Below the pieces are notes generated by a model. The model was not told where the DNA came from. It searched no databases and saw nothing but the letters and a program-made list of their open reading frames with translations. Shown one piece after another: positions 37,469-46,748 of a stretch of DNA of 64,000 nt. The position numbers were made by a program, and so were the translations under genes. The DNA comes from an uncultured Spirochaetota bacterium (GTDB lineage: Bacteria; Spirochaetota; Spirochaetia; SZUA-6; Fen-1364), in the NCBI GenBank assembly GCA_963820525.1, contig CAWGAA010000002.1, forward strand, positions 416,001 to 480,000, given 5' to 3'. Position 1 is the first letter of the stretch; each line of letters begins with the position of its first letter.

Positions 37469-38878
37469 TCAGCCCGTCTTCGCTCCGCTGAGCAGCTTGT
37501 CCAGGGCATTGAGCATCAATTGAAGCTGCGCCTTCGATATGACGAACGTGCTCCTGCCGTTGACGAAAACAGCGTCGAAATCCCTGTCGTAGGGGACGTA
37601 CGTGACGAGGGTCTGCCGCATATCGCCCGTATTCAGGATGAAGCGCGTGGTCATCTCCGCGCCCCCCTGGACCTTCCTCTTTGCTTCGCCTTCCACGGAC
37701 AGGCCGATGAGGGCCTGGTAGAAGCCCTTGAACGCTCCCTCGTCCACCTGCTTTCCGTCCGCCGTGTAGGTGACCGTTTTCTCATCCTCTTCACCCTGCT
37801 TTTGCGCCTTCTTGACGGTGCGCGAAAGGGCGAGGATGTGGGTTTTCCCGCCGGCCGTGATCTCGATGCGATCCACGGTATCGATCATGGGAAGGTAGAC
37901 AAACTTCGCGATCAGGTCGAAGGGCTTGGCGTCCATGAAGGAGAGCAGGCTCGTGTCGACGCTGTACACGTTCGGCTTGCCGGCGGCCTTGAAATACGTC
38001 TTGTCCGAGCCGGCGCTCGAGCCGAAGTCCAGGGCCAGCGTGTTGGCCTTGTCGCGCACCAAAAGCGAATACACCGGCCTGTCCAGACCGTACCGCGACA
38101 GGCTTTCAGGATTGTCGTCCACGAAGCCGAAGATCGAAATGTCGGCGGGTCCCTTGAGCAGGGGGCTCACCTTGTCGGAGTCGACACCCATCACCTCGGG
38201 ATAGGGCCGGGTCATGATGTAGTTGCTGAATCCGAGCGCCATGTCTTTGCTCTCCGCCGCGGTCTTCTCCTTGAGCTCGATGACTGTTCCGTCACGGCGG
38301 GACAGGCGGAGGTACGTGATCTCATCCGAGTTGATCGAGGGGAAAATGTCCTTGTTTCGAATGTCGGCAGCCTTCCACTGGAAATAGTCTCCCACGTACG
38401 TCATGACGGAGTAGACCTTCGGGTCTCCCTTGACCATCAGGTAATAGGAATTCCCGGCGGGCGTCTTGTCCCCGAGATAGAACGTCTTGGAGGAGCCGTC
38501 ATCGAGGGTGGCCTCCGCCGTCGCGTGAGGCGGCTTCAGGCCGTACTGCGCGAGGTTCGTCGGGTTTCGCTCGATGATGCTCTTGGCGGAGAGGTCGGTG
38601 AACGTGGAGACCAGCGTGTCCACGTTGCCGGAACTCAGGGGGATGGGGGAGGGGGAATCGAGCTTCCAGTCCTTTCCCTTCTTTTGTAGAACAAGAGATT
38701 GGCCGCTCTTGAGAACGATCCTCGCTATCTTGTCCTTGTCCAGCTTGGCGAGCTGAATCTGAGCGCTCTCCGGGGCCTTGCTCTTGGGCGCCGCGGGGCG
38801 TGAGCGCAAAAGGAAGTATCCGCCGATCAGCACGGCGAGCGCCGCGAATACCGCGATGAGCGTCCACCGCCGCTTCAT
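37469..38878 (-). CDS. DUF4340 domain protein
   Basis: N-terminal TM; repeated LAQYGL..P / LSRYGL..P and GDKTPAGNSYY; downstream of a GldG-like gene. Confidence 0.8.
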   Translation of the reverse strand: MKRRWTLIAVFAALAVLIGGYFLLRSRPAAPKSKAPESAQIQLAKLDKDKIARIVLKSGQSLVLQKKGKDWKLDSPSPIPLSSGNVDTLVSTFTDLSAKSIIERNPTNLAQYGLKPPHATAEATLDDGSSKTFYLGDKTPAGNSYYLMVKGDPKVYSVMTYVGDYFQWKAADIRNKDIFPSINSDEITYLRLSRRDGTVIELKEKTAAESKDMALGFSNYIMTRPYPEVMGVDSDKVSPLLKGPADISIFGFVDDNPESLSRYGLDRPVYSLLVRDKANTLALDFGSSAGSDKTYFKAAGKPNVYSVDTSLLSFMDAKPFDLIAKFVYLPMIDTVDRIEITAGGKTHILALSRTVKKAQKQGEEDEKTVTYTADGKQVDEGAFKGFYQALIGLSVEGEAKRKVQGGAEMTTRFILNTGDMRQTLVTYVPYDRDFDAVFVNGRSTFVISKAQLQLMLNALDKLLSGAKTG

Positions 38879-40323
38879 AGGTGTCGTCTCCTCATCCAGA
38901 TCGTGAAGCCCAGCCCCAGCACGATCAGGGGCATCAGGATGACCACCACGCCGGAAAGGGCGAGGCTCTGAAGCTCGTTGATCCGCAGGTGAAAGGTCAT
39001 GAGGCTCTTGGGCTGAATGGAAATCGTGTCCTTCTTTTCACGCAGCCAGCTCAGGCTGTTGAGGAAGAAATCGATGTTGCCGGGAACGGCGGTGGCAAAA
39101 TCCTGACGAAGGAACCCGGCGGTCCCCACAACCACCAGGCGCGCATTCCTGCGGCTCGGGTCGGAGGATTGGTCCGTGATCGCCGCGGCAAGGGTGAACG
39201 GTCCTTCCACGTCGCCCTTCTGCTTGGTGAGGGTCGTGAGGTTCATGTAGTTCACCTTGCCCCACGAGTTCAACGAGGAGGAGAGGAGGGGCTCGACCGT
39301 GATTGATTTCTTTTTCAGATCCAGGGTCTTGATTGCCTGGGCGAACGGAATGAGCACGGGCAGATCCGCGCTGTTGAGCGGGGTGAGGATTGCATGCGTC
39401 TCCAGCTTGGGAAGGAGGAACATGGGGTTGTTGCCCGCCACCCGATTCGCGTCGCCCTCGACCACCAGGAGTCTCTCCACGGTCACTCCATAGCTCTCCA
39501 GCAGGCCTTCGAGGTTGGCGAACGCCGCCGTTTTCTGGGGGAGATTCAGGATGAACATGACGCGTCCGCCGCCGGCCAGGTATGCGCGGATCTTGTCGGC
39601 TTCAGCGGCGGACAGGTCCACCTTGGGCGAGAGCACGAGGAGCATCTCGGCGTCCGCGGGAACCGACTGGGCCGAGAGGAGCGACAGGTCCTTCATCTCG
39701 TAGTTCTCGTTCTCCAGCGGCGTTTGCAGCTGGAGCGTTCCCACGCTGTCCTCGCCGTGTCCCTGCAGGGCGTAAAGGATGGGGTTCTTCTCCACTGTCA
39801 CGTATTGCAGGGCAGCCGTCAGGCGTTGTTCGGCGGAGAGGGAGGTGAACTGGGGCTGCTGGTTGGGGTTTGAAAAATCGATGTTGTACATATCGTAGCG
39901 CCCAATTGTCTTGAAGCGCTTGGGCCCCACGACGACGAGCGTTCCCTCCTGCAGGCCTTTTGCGGCAGGGTCGTACTGCTTCGACCATACCGGGTTGCGC
40001 TCCGGGTCGATTGTCTGGAGTTTTACATGCCCGCTTAAGAGCGCGTATTTCGCGAGGACCTCCTTGATGACGGAGTCCTCCTGGCCGACCTTGGCCAGCG
40101 TAGTGATGGTCACGTCGGATTTCAGGCCGGCAAGGGCCTTCTTGGTCTCGTCTGACAGCGAGTAGAGCTGGTTCTGCGTCAGGTCCGCCTTCCAGGGGAT
40201 CTGCTCCACGACCAGGTTGACCGCGATCACGATCGCAATCGCGGCAATGATCAGAAGCGAGGCGTACCCTCCGTGTCGGAACTTGCTGGTCTTCAGGGAA
40301 TCGAACAGTGTGCTCTTCTTCAC
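38875..40323 (-). CDS. GldG-family ABC transporter auxiliary protein
   Basis: DLTQNQLYSLSDET, EQRLTAAL, GHGE, YLAGGG, NIDFFLNSLSWL, C-terminal TM plus RRR. Confidence 0.88.
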   Translation of the reverse strand: MKKSTLFDSLKTSKFRHGGYASLLIIAAIAIVIAVNLVVEQIPWKADLTQNQLYSLSDETKKALAGLKSDVTITTLAKVGQEDSVIKEVLAKYALLSGHVKLQTIDPERNPVWSKQYDPAAKGLQEGTLVVVGPKRFKTIGRYDMYNIDFSNPNQQPQFTSLSAEQRLTAALQYVTVEKNPILYALQGHGEDSVGTLQLQTPLENENYEMKDLSLLSAQSVPADAEMLLVLSPKVDLSAAEADKIRAYLAGGGRVMFILNLPQKTAAFANLEGLLESYGVTVERLLVVEGDANRVAGNNPMFLLPKLETHAILTPLNSADLPVLIPFAQAIKTLDLKKKSITVEPLLSSSLNSWGKVNYMNLTTLTKQKGDVEGPFTLAAAITDQSSDPSRRNARLVVVGTAGFLRQDFATAVPGNIDFFLNSLSWLREKKDTISIQPKSLMTFHLRINELQSLALSGVVVILMPLIVLGLGFTIWMRRRHL

Positions 40324-40333
40324 AACTACCCCC

Positions 40334-41203
40334 TTACGCCCAGCGTCTCTTCTCGATGACGCGGACGGTGAAGAAAATGAAGGCCCCGCAGAATGAGATG
40401 TAGTAGACGATTGGGCTCAGGCTGAGGATTCCCATCGTGAAGTCGTTGTATCTCTTCAAGAGCGAGAGCCATCCCAGGAACTTCGCAATGAAGCCTTCGA
40501 AGAAGCCGCGGGAGAACACGTACAACAGGACGAGGGCCGCGACGGCGAGGATGGCGGCGACGGCGCTCACGGCCGCGCTGCGCGTGCTGAAGAAGATCAG
40601 GAGCACGAGCCCTGCGGCGATGAGAGAGAGGAACACGAGCCCGGAGACCGCATCGCCGGGCACGCTCTGACTCACCCAGTCGAGTATCCATATCACGAGG
40701 AGCGCCGCGAAGGTCACCACCGCGGCGATGAGCTGGTTGTCCGTCAGGGAGGAGAAGAACAGCCCCACGGCGATGAAGCAGGAGCCGAGGAGAAAGAACC
40801 CAATATAGCCGCCCACGATCTCCCACCACGCGAGCCCGGCGAAGGTGAAGAAGCTCAAGATCAGGGGGTAGACCAGCGTGATCACCAGCGTGAGGAGGAA
40901 GACCACCACGGCGGCGAGGTACTTGCCCAGCACGATGCCCGTGATGGAGAGGGGGCTCGTGATGAGCAGCTGATCCGTCTTCTGCTTCATGTCCTCGGAG
41001 ATGAGGCGCATCGTGAGGATCGGCACCACGATGAGGAAGACGAACGTGATGGATCCCAGCATCGCCGTGTAGGATGGGTCGGCCCGGAGGAGGTTTCCCC
41101 CGGCGAAGAAGATCCCCGACAAAAGGATAAAGAACCCCATGAAGATGTACCCGATGGGGGAGGTGAAGTATGCCTTGAGTTCCCGGCGCAGTATCGCGAT
41201 CAT
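40334..41203 (-). CDS. ABC-2 permease (GldF-like)
   Basis: RRELKAYFTSPIGY, PILTMRLISED.KQKTDQLLITSP, GKYLA. Confidence 0.9.
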   Translation of the reverse strand: MIAILRRELKAYFTSPIGYIFMGFFILLSGIFFAGGNLLRADPSYTAMLGSITFVFLIVVPILTMRLISEDMKQKTDQLLITSPLSITGIVLGKYLAAVVVFLLTLVITLVYPLILSFFTFAGLAWWEIVGGYIGFFLLGSCFIAVGLFFSSLTDNQLIAAVVTFAALLVIWILDWVSQSVPGDAVSGLVFLSLIAAGLVLLIFFSTRSAAVSAVAAILAVAALVLLYVFSRGFFEGFIAKFLGWLSLLKRYNDFTMGILSLSPIVYYISFCGAFIFFTVRVIEKRRWA

Positions 41204-41205
41204 CG

Positions 41206-42152
41206 TCAGGATACCTCCTTCTCTTCAGTGATCAGGTTGAGGAAGATGTCCTCGAGGGTGACGTCCATGGTGCGCATCGAGATGATGGGGCAGTCCGCCT
41301 TGGCGAGGGCGGTGAAGACCGCCTTCCTGATGTCGTGCTCGCGCTTGGCCTCCACGAGGATGTCCACGGTGCCCGGCTCGTGGGAGCCCAGCGCCTCGGT
41401 CTTCACGACGTGCTCCACGCGCTGGAGGGCGGCTAGAACGTCCCTTTCGGCCCCGACCACCCGCAGGGTCAGCCGGTTGTCGCCCACGAGTCCCTTGGAG
41501 AGGTTTTCCGGAGTGTCGCTTGCCACGATGCGTCCCCTGTTGATGATGAGCACGCGGGAGCAGACGGCCGCCACCTCGGGCAGGATGTGGGAGGAGAGGA
41601 TGATCGTGTGCTCCTTGCCCAGCTCGCGGATGAGGTTTCGCGTCTCGATGATCTGCTGGGGGTCGAGCCCTATGGTGGGCTCGTCGAGGATGAGAACCGC
41701 CGGCGAGCCGATGAGCGCCTGGGCCACTCCTACCCGCTGCTTGTATCCCTTGGAGAGGTTCTTGATGAGGCGGCGCCGCACGTCGGTGATCCTCAGGAGC
41801 TCCATGGCCCTGTTCATGCTCTCGCGCCGCTTCTGCCGTGACATGCCTTTGATGTCGCAGACGAAGGAGAGGTAGTCCTGGACCGTCATATCCACATACA
41901 GGGGGGGAGCTCCGGCATGTAGCCGATCTGCCTCTTGACCTTTTCGGGCTCCTCCAGAACGTCGAGCCCGTCGATTTTCACGGATCCCTCCGTCGCCGAA
42001 AGGTATCCCGTGATGATGTTCATGGTGGTCGACTTGCCCGCCCCATTGGGTCCGAGGAAGCCGAGGATTTCACCTTTTTCCACCGTGAAATTGATGCTGT
42101 CCACCGCGACCCGCTGGCCGAATCTCTTGGTCACGTTCTCGACTTGTATCAA
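41206..42152 (-). CDS. ABC transporter ATPase (GldA-like, ~315 aa), split by a one-base frameshift at G7 41901-41907
   Basis: Walker A GPNGAGKST is in ORF 41886..42152; signature LSKGYKQR and LILDEP are in ORF 41206..41895. One extra C restores PELPPLYVDMTV. Confidence 0.9.
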
Positions 42153-42385
42153 GGCTGTCTCCTTTCTCCTAAAGACAGTTTGTTCAGCACGTTCTCGAAG
42201 GTTTCGGCGATAATGAAATTATACAAGAATCTCCCGGCTTGGTATACTCCCCCTGGGCTCGAAGATGCGCCGCCTATTGATTTTTTTCTTTCAATATGTA
42301 TATTTATCACTAACCTCTGATTTCCTGATCACCGGACAGGCAGAGAAACTCATGGAAGATTCTTCCAGAAAGGAGGTAGAGAGCT

Positions 42386-42562
42386 ATGGCTGAGCCATTG
42401 AGCAAAAACGCGAGGGTCGGAGTCGTAACCCAGAAGTTCTTCTGCAACTGCGGGGGCGAGGTTAAGATGAAGCTCGTGTTCAACAACGGCAAGATGCGCA
42501 ATGTTGCGGAATGCGACAAGTGCCGGCGGCAGGAAAGAAAGCCGAGCGATTTCAAGGCCTGA
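42386..42562 (+). CDS. Small 58-aa putative zinc-ribbon protein, absent from the ORF track
   Basis: AAGGAGGT RBS; MAEPLSKNARVGVVTQKFFCNCGGEVKMKLVFNNGKMRNVAECDKCRRQERKPSDFKA; followed by a terminator. Confidence 0.85.
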   Translation: MAEPLSKNARVGVVTQKFFCNCGGEVKMKLVFNNGKMRNVAECDKCRRQERKPSDFKA

Positions 42563-42583
42563 CGAGGCCTCGCGATACGCGTG

Positions 42584-42643
42584 ACCCATCCATTGCCCAT
42601 GCGCCGTGATCGCGCAGCGGGCGGGCAAGCGGATGGGTTTTTT
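42584..42643 (+). terminator. Intrinsic terminator
   Basis: ACCCATCC.TTGCCC ... GGGCAA..GGATGGGT followed by a T-run. Confidence 0.7.
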
Positions 42644-43400
42644 ATGCCTTCCCGCCTTTTCTCCAAAGCCGAAGCTGTCCCGCGATATCTTCTTCGACCT
42701 TCTTCAGCAGCTCGAGGATTTCCCGCTTGCTCTTCGGGGGCGGGTAGAGGGCCAGCGACTTGACGCGATAGTGCGTCCTGCCCAGGTTCTTGAGGACCCA
42801 CGTCAGCCGGGATATCAGATGTCCTCCCTCAATCGCCACAGAGAGAATGTGCAGGGGCGCCCGCTCCAGAATGATGCGGAAGGCTCCTGATTGGAACCTG
42901 CCCAGCTCCCCCGTGCGCGAGCGGGTGCCTTCCGGGAACACAACGGGCGAGATCCCATCAGCGCTTGCATACGCCAGCTTCGCCATTTGCCGCATTCCTT
43001 CCCGAAAATCCCCGTGCCGGGAGATGAGAGCGCTCCTCCCCCGGCGAAGGAACTGCGAGACCATGGGAACCCCTCTTCCCAGCTCCCGCTTTGTGACGAA
43101 GCGAATCGAATGCTTCCTAAACGCGAAGATCAGCGCCGGTATGTCGGCCAGGCTCTGATGGTTGGTGACAACCATTAGAACACTGGGAAGATGCTCGGGG
43201 AAGCGCTCCACGGTGATCCTGAAGCTCGAAAGCAACTTCGCCAGGGTGAACAGCTCTCGTGCCACCCGTCTCTGGGCGACATCGATCCAGGGCTGGATAT
43301 CCTTTCCATGGGTGAGGGAGTGGAGCCGGAGCAGCAGGCCCTGGCGGACAAAGACGAAAAGGACGCACAGCAGATAGAATACCGCTATCAGGGCCGTCAT
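42642..43400 (-). CDS. Lysophospholipid acyltransferase (PlsC-like)
   Basis: NHQSLAD, FVTKREL, FPEGTRS; start MTALIAVFY overlaps the upstream stop. Confidence 0.9.
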   Translation of the reverse strand: MTALIAVFYLLCVLFVFVRQGLLLRLHSLTHGKDIQPWIDVAQRRVARELFTLAKLLSSFRITVERFPEHLPSVLMVVTNHQSLADIPALIFAFRKHSIRFVTKRELGRGVPMVSQFLRRGRSALISRHGDFREGMRQMAKLAYASADGISPVVFPEGTRSRTGELGRFQSGAFRIILERAPLHILSVAIEGGHLISRLTWVLKNLGRTHYRVKSLALYPPPKSKREILELLKKVEEDIAGQLRLWRKGGKA

Positions 43401-44281
43401 ACGCGCGCCTGCCCGATCAGCTTCGCGACCTCGCGGATGAACCGCGGATCGGTTCCACAGCAGCCGCCCACGGCATCCACCCCGGCGTCGATGAGCGCGG
43501 GCACGTAGGAGGCGAACTGCTCCGGGGAGAGGGGATAAACGACCTTGCCGCCGACGATCTGGGGGATGCCGGCGTTCGCCTTGACCCACAGGGGAAGCGG
43601 CGTGAGCCCGCGAAGGACCGGGGCGAGAGGGACGTAGTCCTCTATCCCCGACCCGCAGTTGGCCCCGATGACGGAAGCCCCCTCGGATCGCGCCCTCTCG
43701 ACGCACGCCTCGGGAGGGTTTCCCATCATCGTGCGGTATCCCTTGGGTGTCTTATTGTACGTCATGCTCGCCACGACCGGAACGCCGCCGGCCTGACTGG
43801 CTGCACGGACCGCCACCGCCATCTCCTCCACGTCCGTCATCGATTCCACGACGATCCAGTCCACGCCGCCTTCCCGCAGGCTGGCCGCCTGCTCGGCGAA
43901 TACGTCGTAGAGCTCTTCCGCGCTCACTTCTCCAAGGGCGATGAACTTGCCGCTCGGTCCGATGTCCCCGGCGACGAGAGCGCGGTCGCCGACGGCGTTC
44001 CTCGCGATGGCCGCTCCCGCCAGGTTGATCTCGCGCGCCCTGCCCGAAAGGCCGTGGGGCTCGAGACGCAGGCGATTCGCTCCGAAGGTGTTGGTCAGGA
44101 TGACCTCGGCGCCCGCCTGCAGGTACTCTCCGGCGATGTCCGCCACGATTTCAGGATGGCTCACGTTCCATTCGTCAGGCGGATTGCCCTGCATGAGACC
44201 CCGCTTGAAAAACTCGGTCCCCCAGGCGCCGTCCGCCAGAAGCACGCGCCCCTTCTCCCATTTTCTGCCAAGGATGTCCAT
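43397..44281 (-). CDS. Homocysteine S-methyltransferase family protein (stand-alone MetH N-terminal-like domain)
   Basis: DGAWGT, TNTFGAN, GDIGP, GANC, NAGIP, GGCCGT. Confidence 0.92.
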   Translation of the reverse strand: MDILGRKWEKGRVLLADGAWGTEFFKRGLMQGNPPDEWNVSHPEIVADIAGEYLQAGAEVILTNTFGANRLRLEPHGLSGRAREINLAGAAIARNAVGDRALVAGDIGPSGKFIALGEVSAEELYDVFAEQAASLREGGVDWIVVESMTDVEEMAVAVRAASQAGGVPVVASMTYNKTPKGYRTMMGNPPEACVERARSEGASVIGANCGSGIEDYVPLAPVLRGLTPLPLWVKANAGIPQIVGGKVVYPLSPEQFASYVPALIDAGVDAVGGCCGTDPRFIREVAKLIGQARV

Positions 44282-44387
44282 ACCGCTCCCTCAATGCGCA
44301 GCCTTGAGCTATGCCGACATTCTACAGGCCAATAACTTTTGTGGGAAGGGAGAGGGGGCTTGTCCTGTCTGGCGACTTTCAAAAATA

Positions 44388-45578
44388 TTATTTCAGGACC
44401 ATGACGGTGGCTTTCCAGGAGGAAGATTCCGCATACCAATCTTTAAAAACGACATACGGCACGTCCTTGGAATCGATCGCCAGCCGTATCATCTCAATAT
44501 CGTTGGCAGTAAAAGCGAGATTTCCGGCGGCTACCCAGTCCGTTCCGTCAAATCTATTAGCCGACGCTTTCCCGGTCGTGTAGGCGACATAGGGTGTATT
44601 GGAAGAATCGAAGGCGATTGTGGAGTCATGAGCGAATGGTGCAACGTCTGCTCCGACGGCCACCCAGCCTGTTCCATTGAACTTCATCACCGTGGCCGGG
44701 TGATCAGAATACCCTGCATATTCGGTGTACACGACATGGAGAGTTCCGTTGCCGTCGATTTCCAAATCGGTATCCTCTGCCGTATCTGCGCTGAAGCCTG
44801 CGAGACCAACGGCAACCCAGGTTGTGCCGTTATACTTCATGACGGTTTCTTTCCCGGAATTTCCATTATCGCCGTAGGCGATGTAGGGCACGTTTGACGA
44901 ATCGACGACGATATCAGGATTTAAAGCTTCGCCTAGGCTGATTCCGGCAGCGCCAACGAGACTCCATGACGTGCCGTCATACTTCATCACGGAAGCCTTA
45001 TAGAGGGGCGTGGTGGTTGCATCTTCAAAAACCACGTATGGATTGTCGGATTGATCGAAGGCAAGTCGAGGTCCATATGCGTTTCCCGAAGTGAAGCCAT
45101 CTTGCCCAACTTGCTCCCAGGCTGTTCCGTTAAACTTCATCAAAGCCAATAAAGACTTTGAAGCAGAGAGGCGGCTGTAGACGACATAGGGAACCTTATT
45201 GGAATCGAATTCAAGATCGATCCCTCTTGGCAAGTCGAACGTGGACGGGAAGCTGTCTCCGACCTTCACCCAGTTCGTTCCGTCGAACTTCATTACAGTG
45301 ACCTTGACATTGCTACCATCATAAAAAGCCACGTACGGGGTGTCCGATGATCCAAAACCGATATCGGGAAAGTCGATGACAGTTATATTGAAGCCCGCAG
45401 TGCCTACCACCTGCCAGGTTCGAGTGTCGGGCGTCCCATCTCCATCCCCATCACTCCCATCTCCTCCCGAAGGGCTGGGACATCCGGACAAGCCAACAAT
45501 GAAAGCCAGGCTTGCGATGACCGGCAGAACAATACACAGCCCTGTTCTTTTCCTGATATCTTCCGATGTGCTTATCAT
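44388..45578 (-). CDS. Lipoprotein with seven ~48-aa repeats, probable 7-bladed beta-propeller
   Basis: Lipobox LSGC; repeats W-x-x-VG...FDS...PYV.Y...VMK(F/Y).GT; start uncertain (45578 or 45629). Confidence 0.75.
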   Translation of the reverse strand: MISTSEDIRKRTGLCIVLPVIASLAFIVGLSGCPSPSGGDGSDGDGDGTPDTRTWQVVGTAGFNITVIDFPDIGFGSSDTPYVAFYDGSNVKVTVMKFDGTNWVKVGDSFPSTFDLPRGIDLEFDSNKVPYVVYSRLSASKSLLALMKFNGTAWEQVGQDGFTSGNAYGPRLAFDQSDNPYVVFEDATTTPLYKASVMKYDGTSWSLVGAAGISLGEALNPDIVVDSSNVPYIAYGDNGNSGKETVMKYNGTTWVAVGLAGFSADTAEDTDLEIDGNGTLHVVYTEYAGYSDHPATVMKFNGTGWVAVGADVAPFAHDSTIAFDSSNTPYVAYTTGKASANRFDGTDWVAAGNLAFTANDIEMIRLAIDSKDVPYVVFKDWYAESSSWKATVMVLK

Positions 45579-46011
45579 GACCTTTTCCTTTCTTATTTTT
45601 GTATCAATATCATTTCTAAAATCTCGCATATCAAATTGCTATGTATACTTTGCGCCAACTACTATATTCCATACACTCCGTGCGGTCAATATCATAAATG
45701 AAGTGGTTGTGATCGCCTGGTACCTGTTCGCAAGCGTCAATACGCAGAAAGATTTAAAAAAGCGATAAAAAAAATTCTTGAAAAGTATTTGAAGGTGGGC
45801 TATATTGCTCAATTAGTTTACAATTGATGATAATATCTAAAAGATATTATTTATGAAGCATTTAGTATGTAGCTTGTTAGTCAGATACTCTGAGCGTTTG
45901 CCGGGGTGCCCGCAAAGTGTTGGGTGGCCATCACCTCCAGCTCAGATAATTCACCCAATCCAATTCTTTTATTACCCACTATCCCAACGCGTTCTGATTC
46001 AGGAGCGTGCA

Positions 46012-46725
46012 ATGAGGCTAGATACAAATATCGGTTCGCCACTTGACCATTACCTGGGCCATGGAGGCTCTCTGCGGTTTCGATCATTGACCGTACTCTT
46101 CCTTGGGATCCTTCTATTTGCCTGTCTGGAAGCCTGTGTTCAACCTACCGGCGGCACGACCGATATCGAAAAACACAGCGAGCTGTTCCTTCAAGATACC
46201 GCCCTGGATCCCGAGGGAAAGACCTGGGTCTTCGAAACCAACGATCCTGCCTACTGGAGCAGCGCCGGCTACACCCTCTGGGCCGGCAACGGTACTATCC
46301 ATGCCGCTGGAGAAAGCTGGGACCGCACCTATATCCTGACGAAAACCAGCGGCGATGCTGCCGCAGGCTATGGGGTGTTTTTTGGCTATGACTCAGGTCC
46401 CACCATGCTGGCGGCGCTGATCAACTTGCAGGGGAAGTTTTGTGTCGGCGAGATGGTGGACGGCGCTTTTCAGATGCTGAAAGACTGGACTTCTTCTGAA
46501 GACCTGAACGGCACCGTGGGAACCCCCGACACGGTGCGGATCAGCTACGTTGGTGATCCCAAGACGTATTCCGTGTTTCTCGGCTCCAACTCCACGGCGG
46601 CGTTCAGCCTGGTGGATACCGTCGAGCCCTATCACGATGGCGGGGAAGAAGGTTTCCTTGTGGTGATTTCTTACAACGATCAATTCCCCCAGAATCCGGT
46701 GCGAGTAGTGTACGAAGTTCCATAG
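46012..46725 (+). CDS. Putative lipoprotein immediately upstream of the RHS toxin
   Basis: AGGAG RBS before ATG 46012; hydrophobic stretch ending LFAC/LEAC; all-beta body. Start uncertain. Confidence 0.65.
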   Translation: MRLDTNIGSPLDHYLGHGGSLRFRSLTVLFLGILLFACLEACVQPTGGTTDIEKHSELFLQDTALDPEGKTWVFETNDPAYWSSAGYTLWAGNGTIHAAGESWDRTYILTKTSGDAAAGYGVFFGYDSGPTMLAALINLQGKFCVGEMVDGAFQMLKDWTSSEDLNGTVGTPDTVRISYVGDPKTYSVFLGSNSTAAFSLVDTVEPYHDGGEEGFLVVISYNDQFPQNPVRVVYEVP

Positions 46726-46748
46726 AGAAAAAGGCGAGGAGAACCTCC

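Noticed and set aside
37469..42152. Gliding motility system
   Set aside because: GldA/F/G-like ABC modules with DUF4340 are widespread in non-gliding bacteria, and no gliding motor genes are present.
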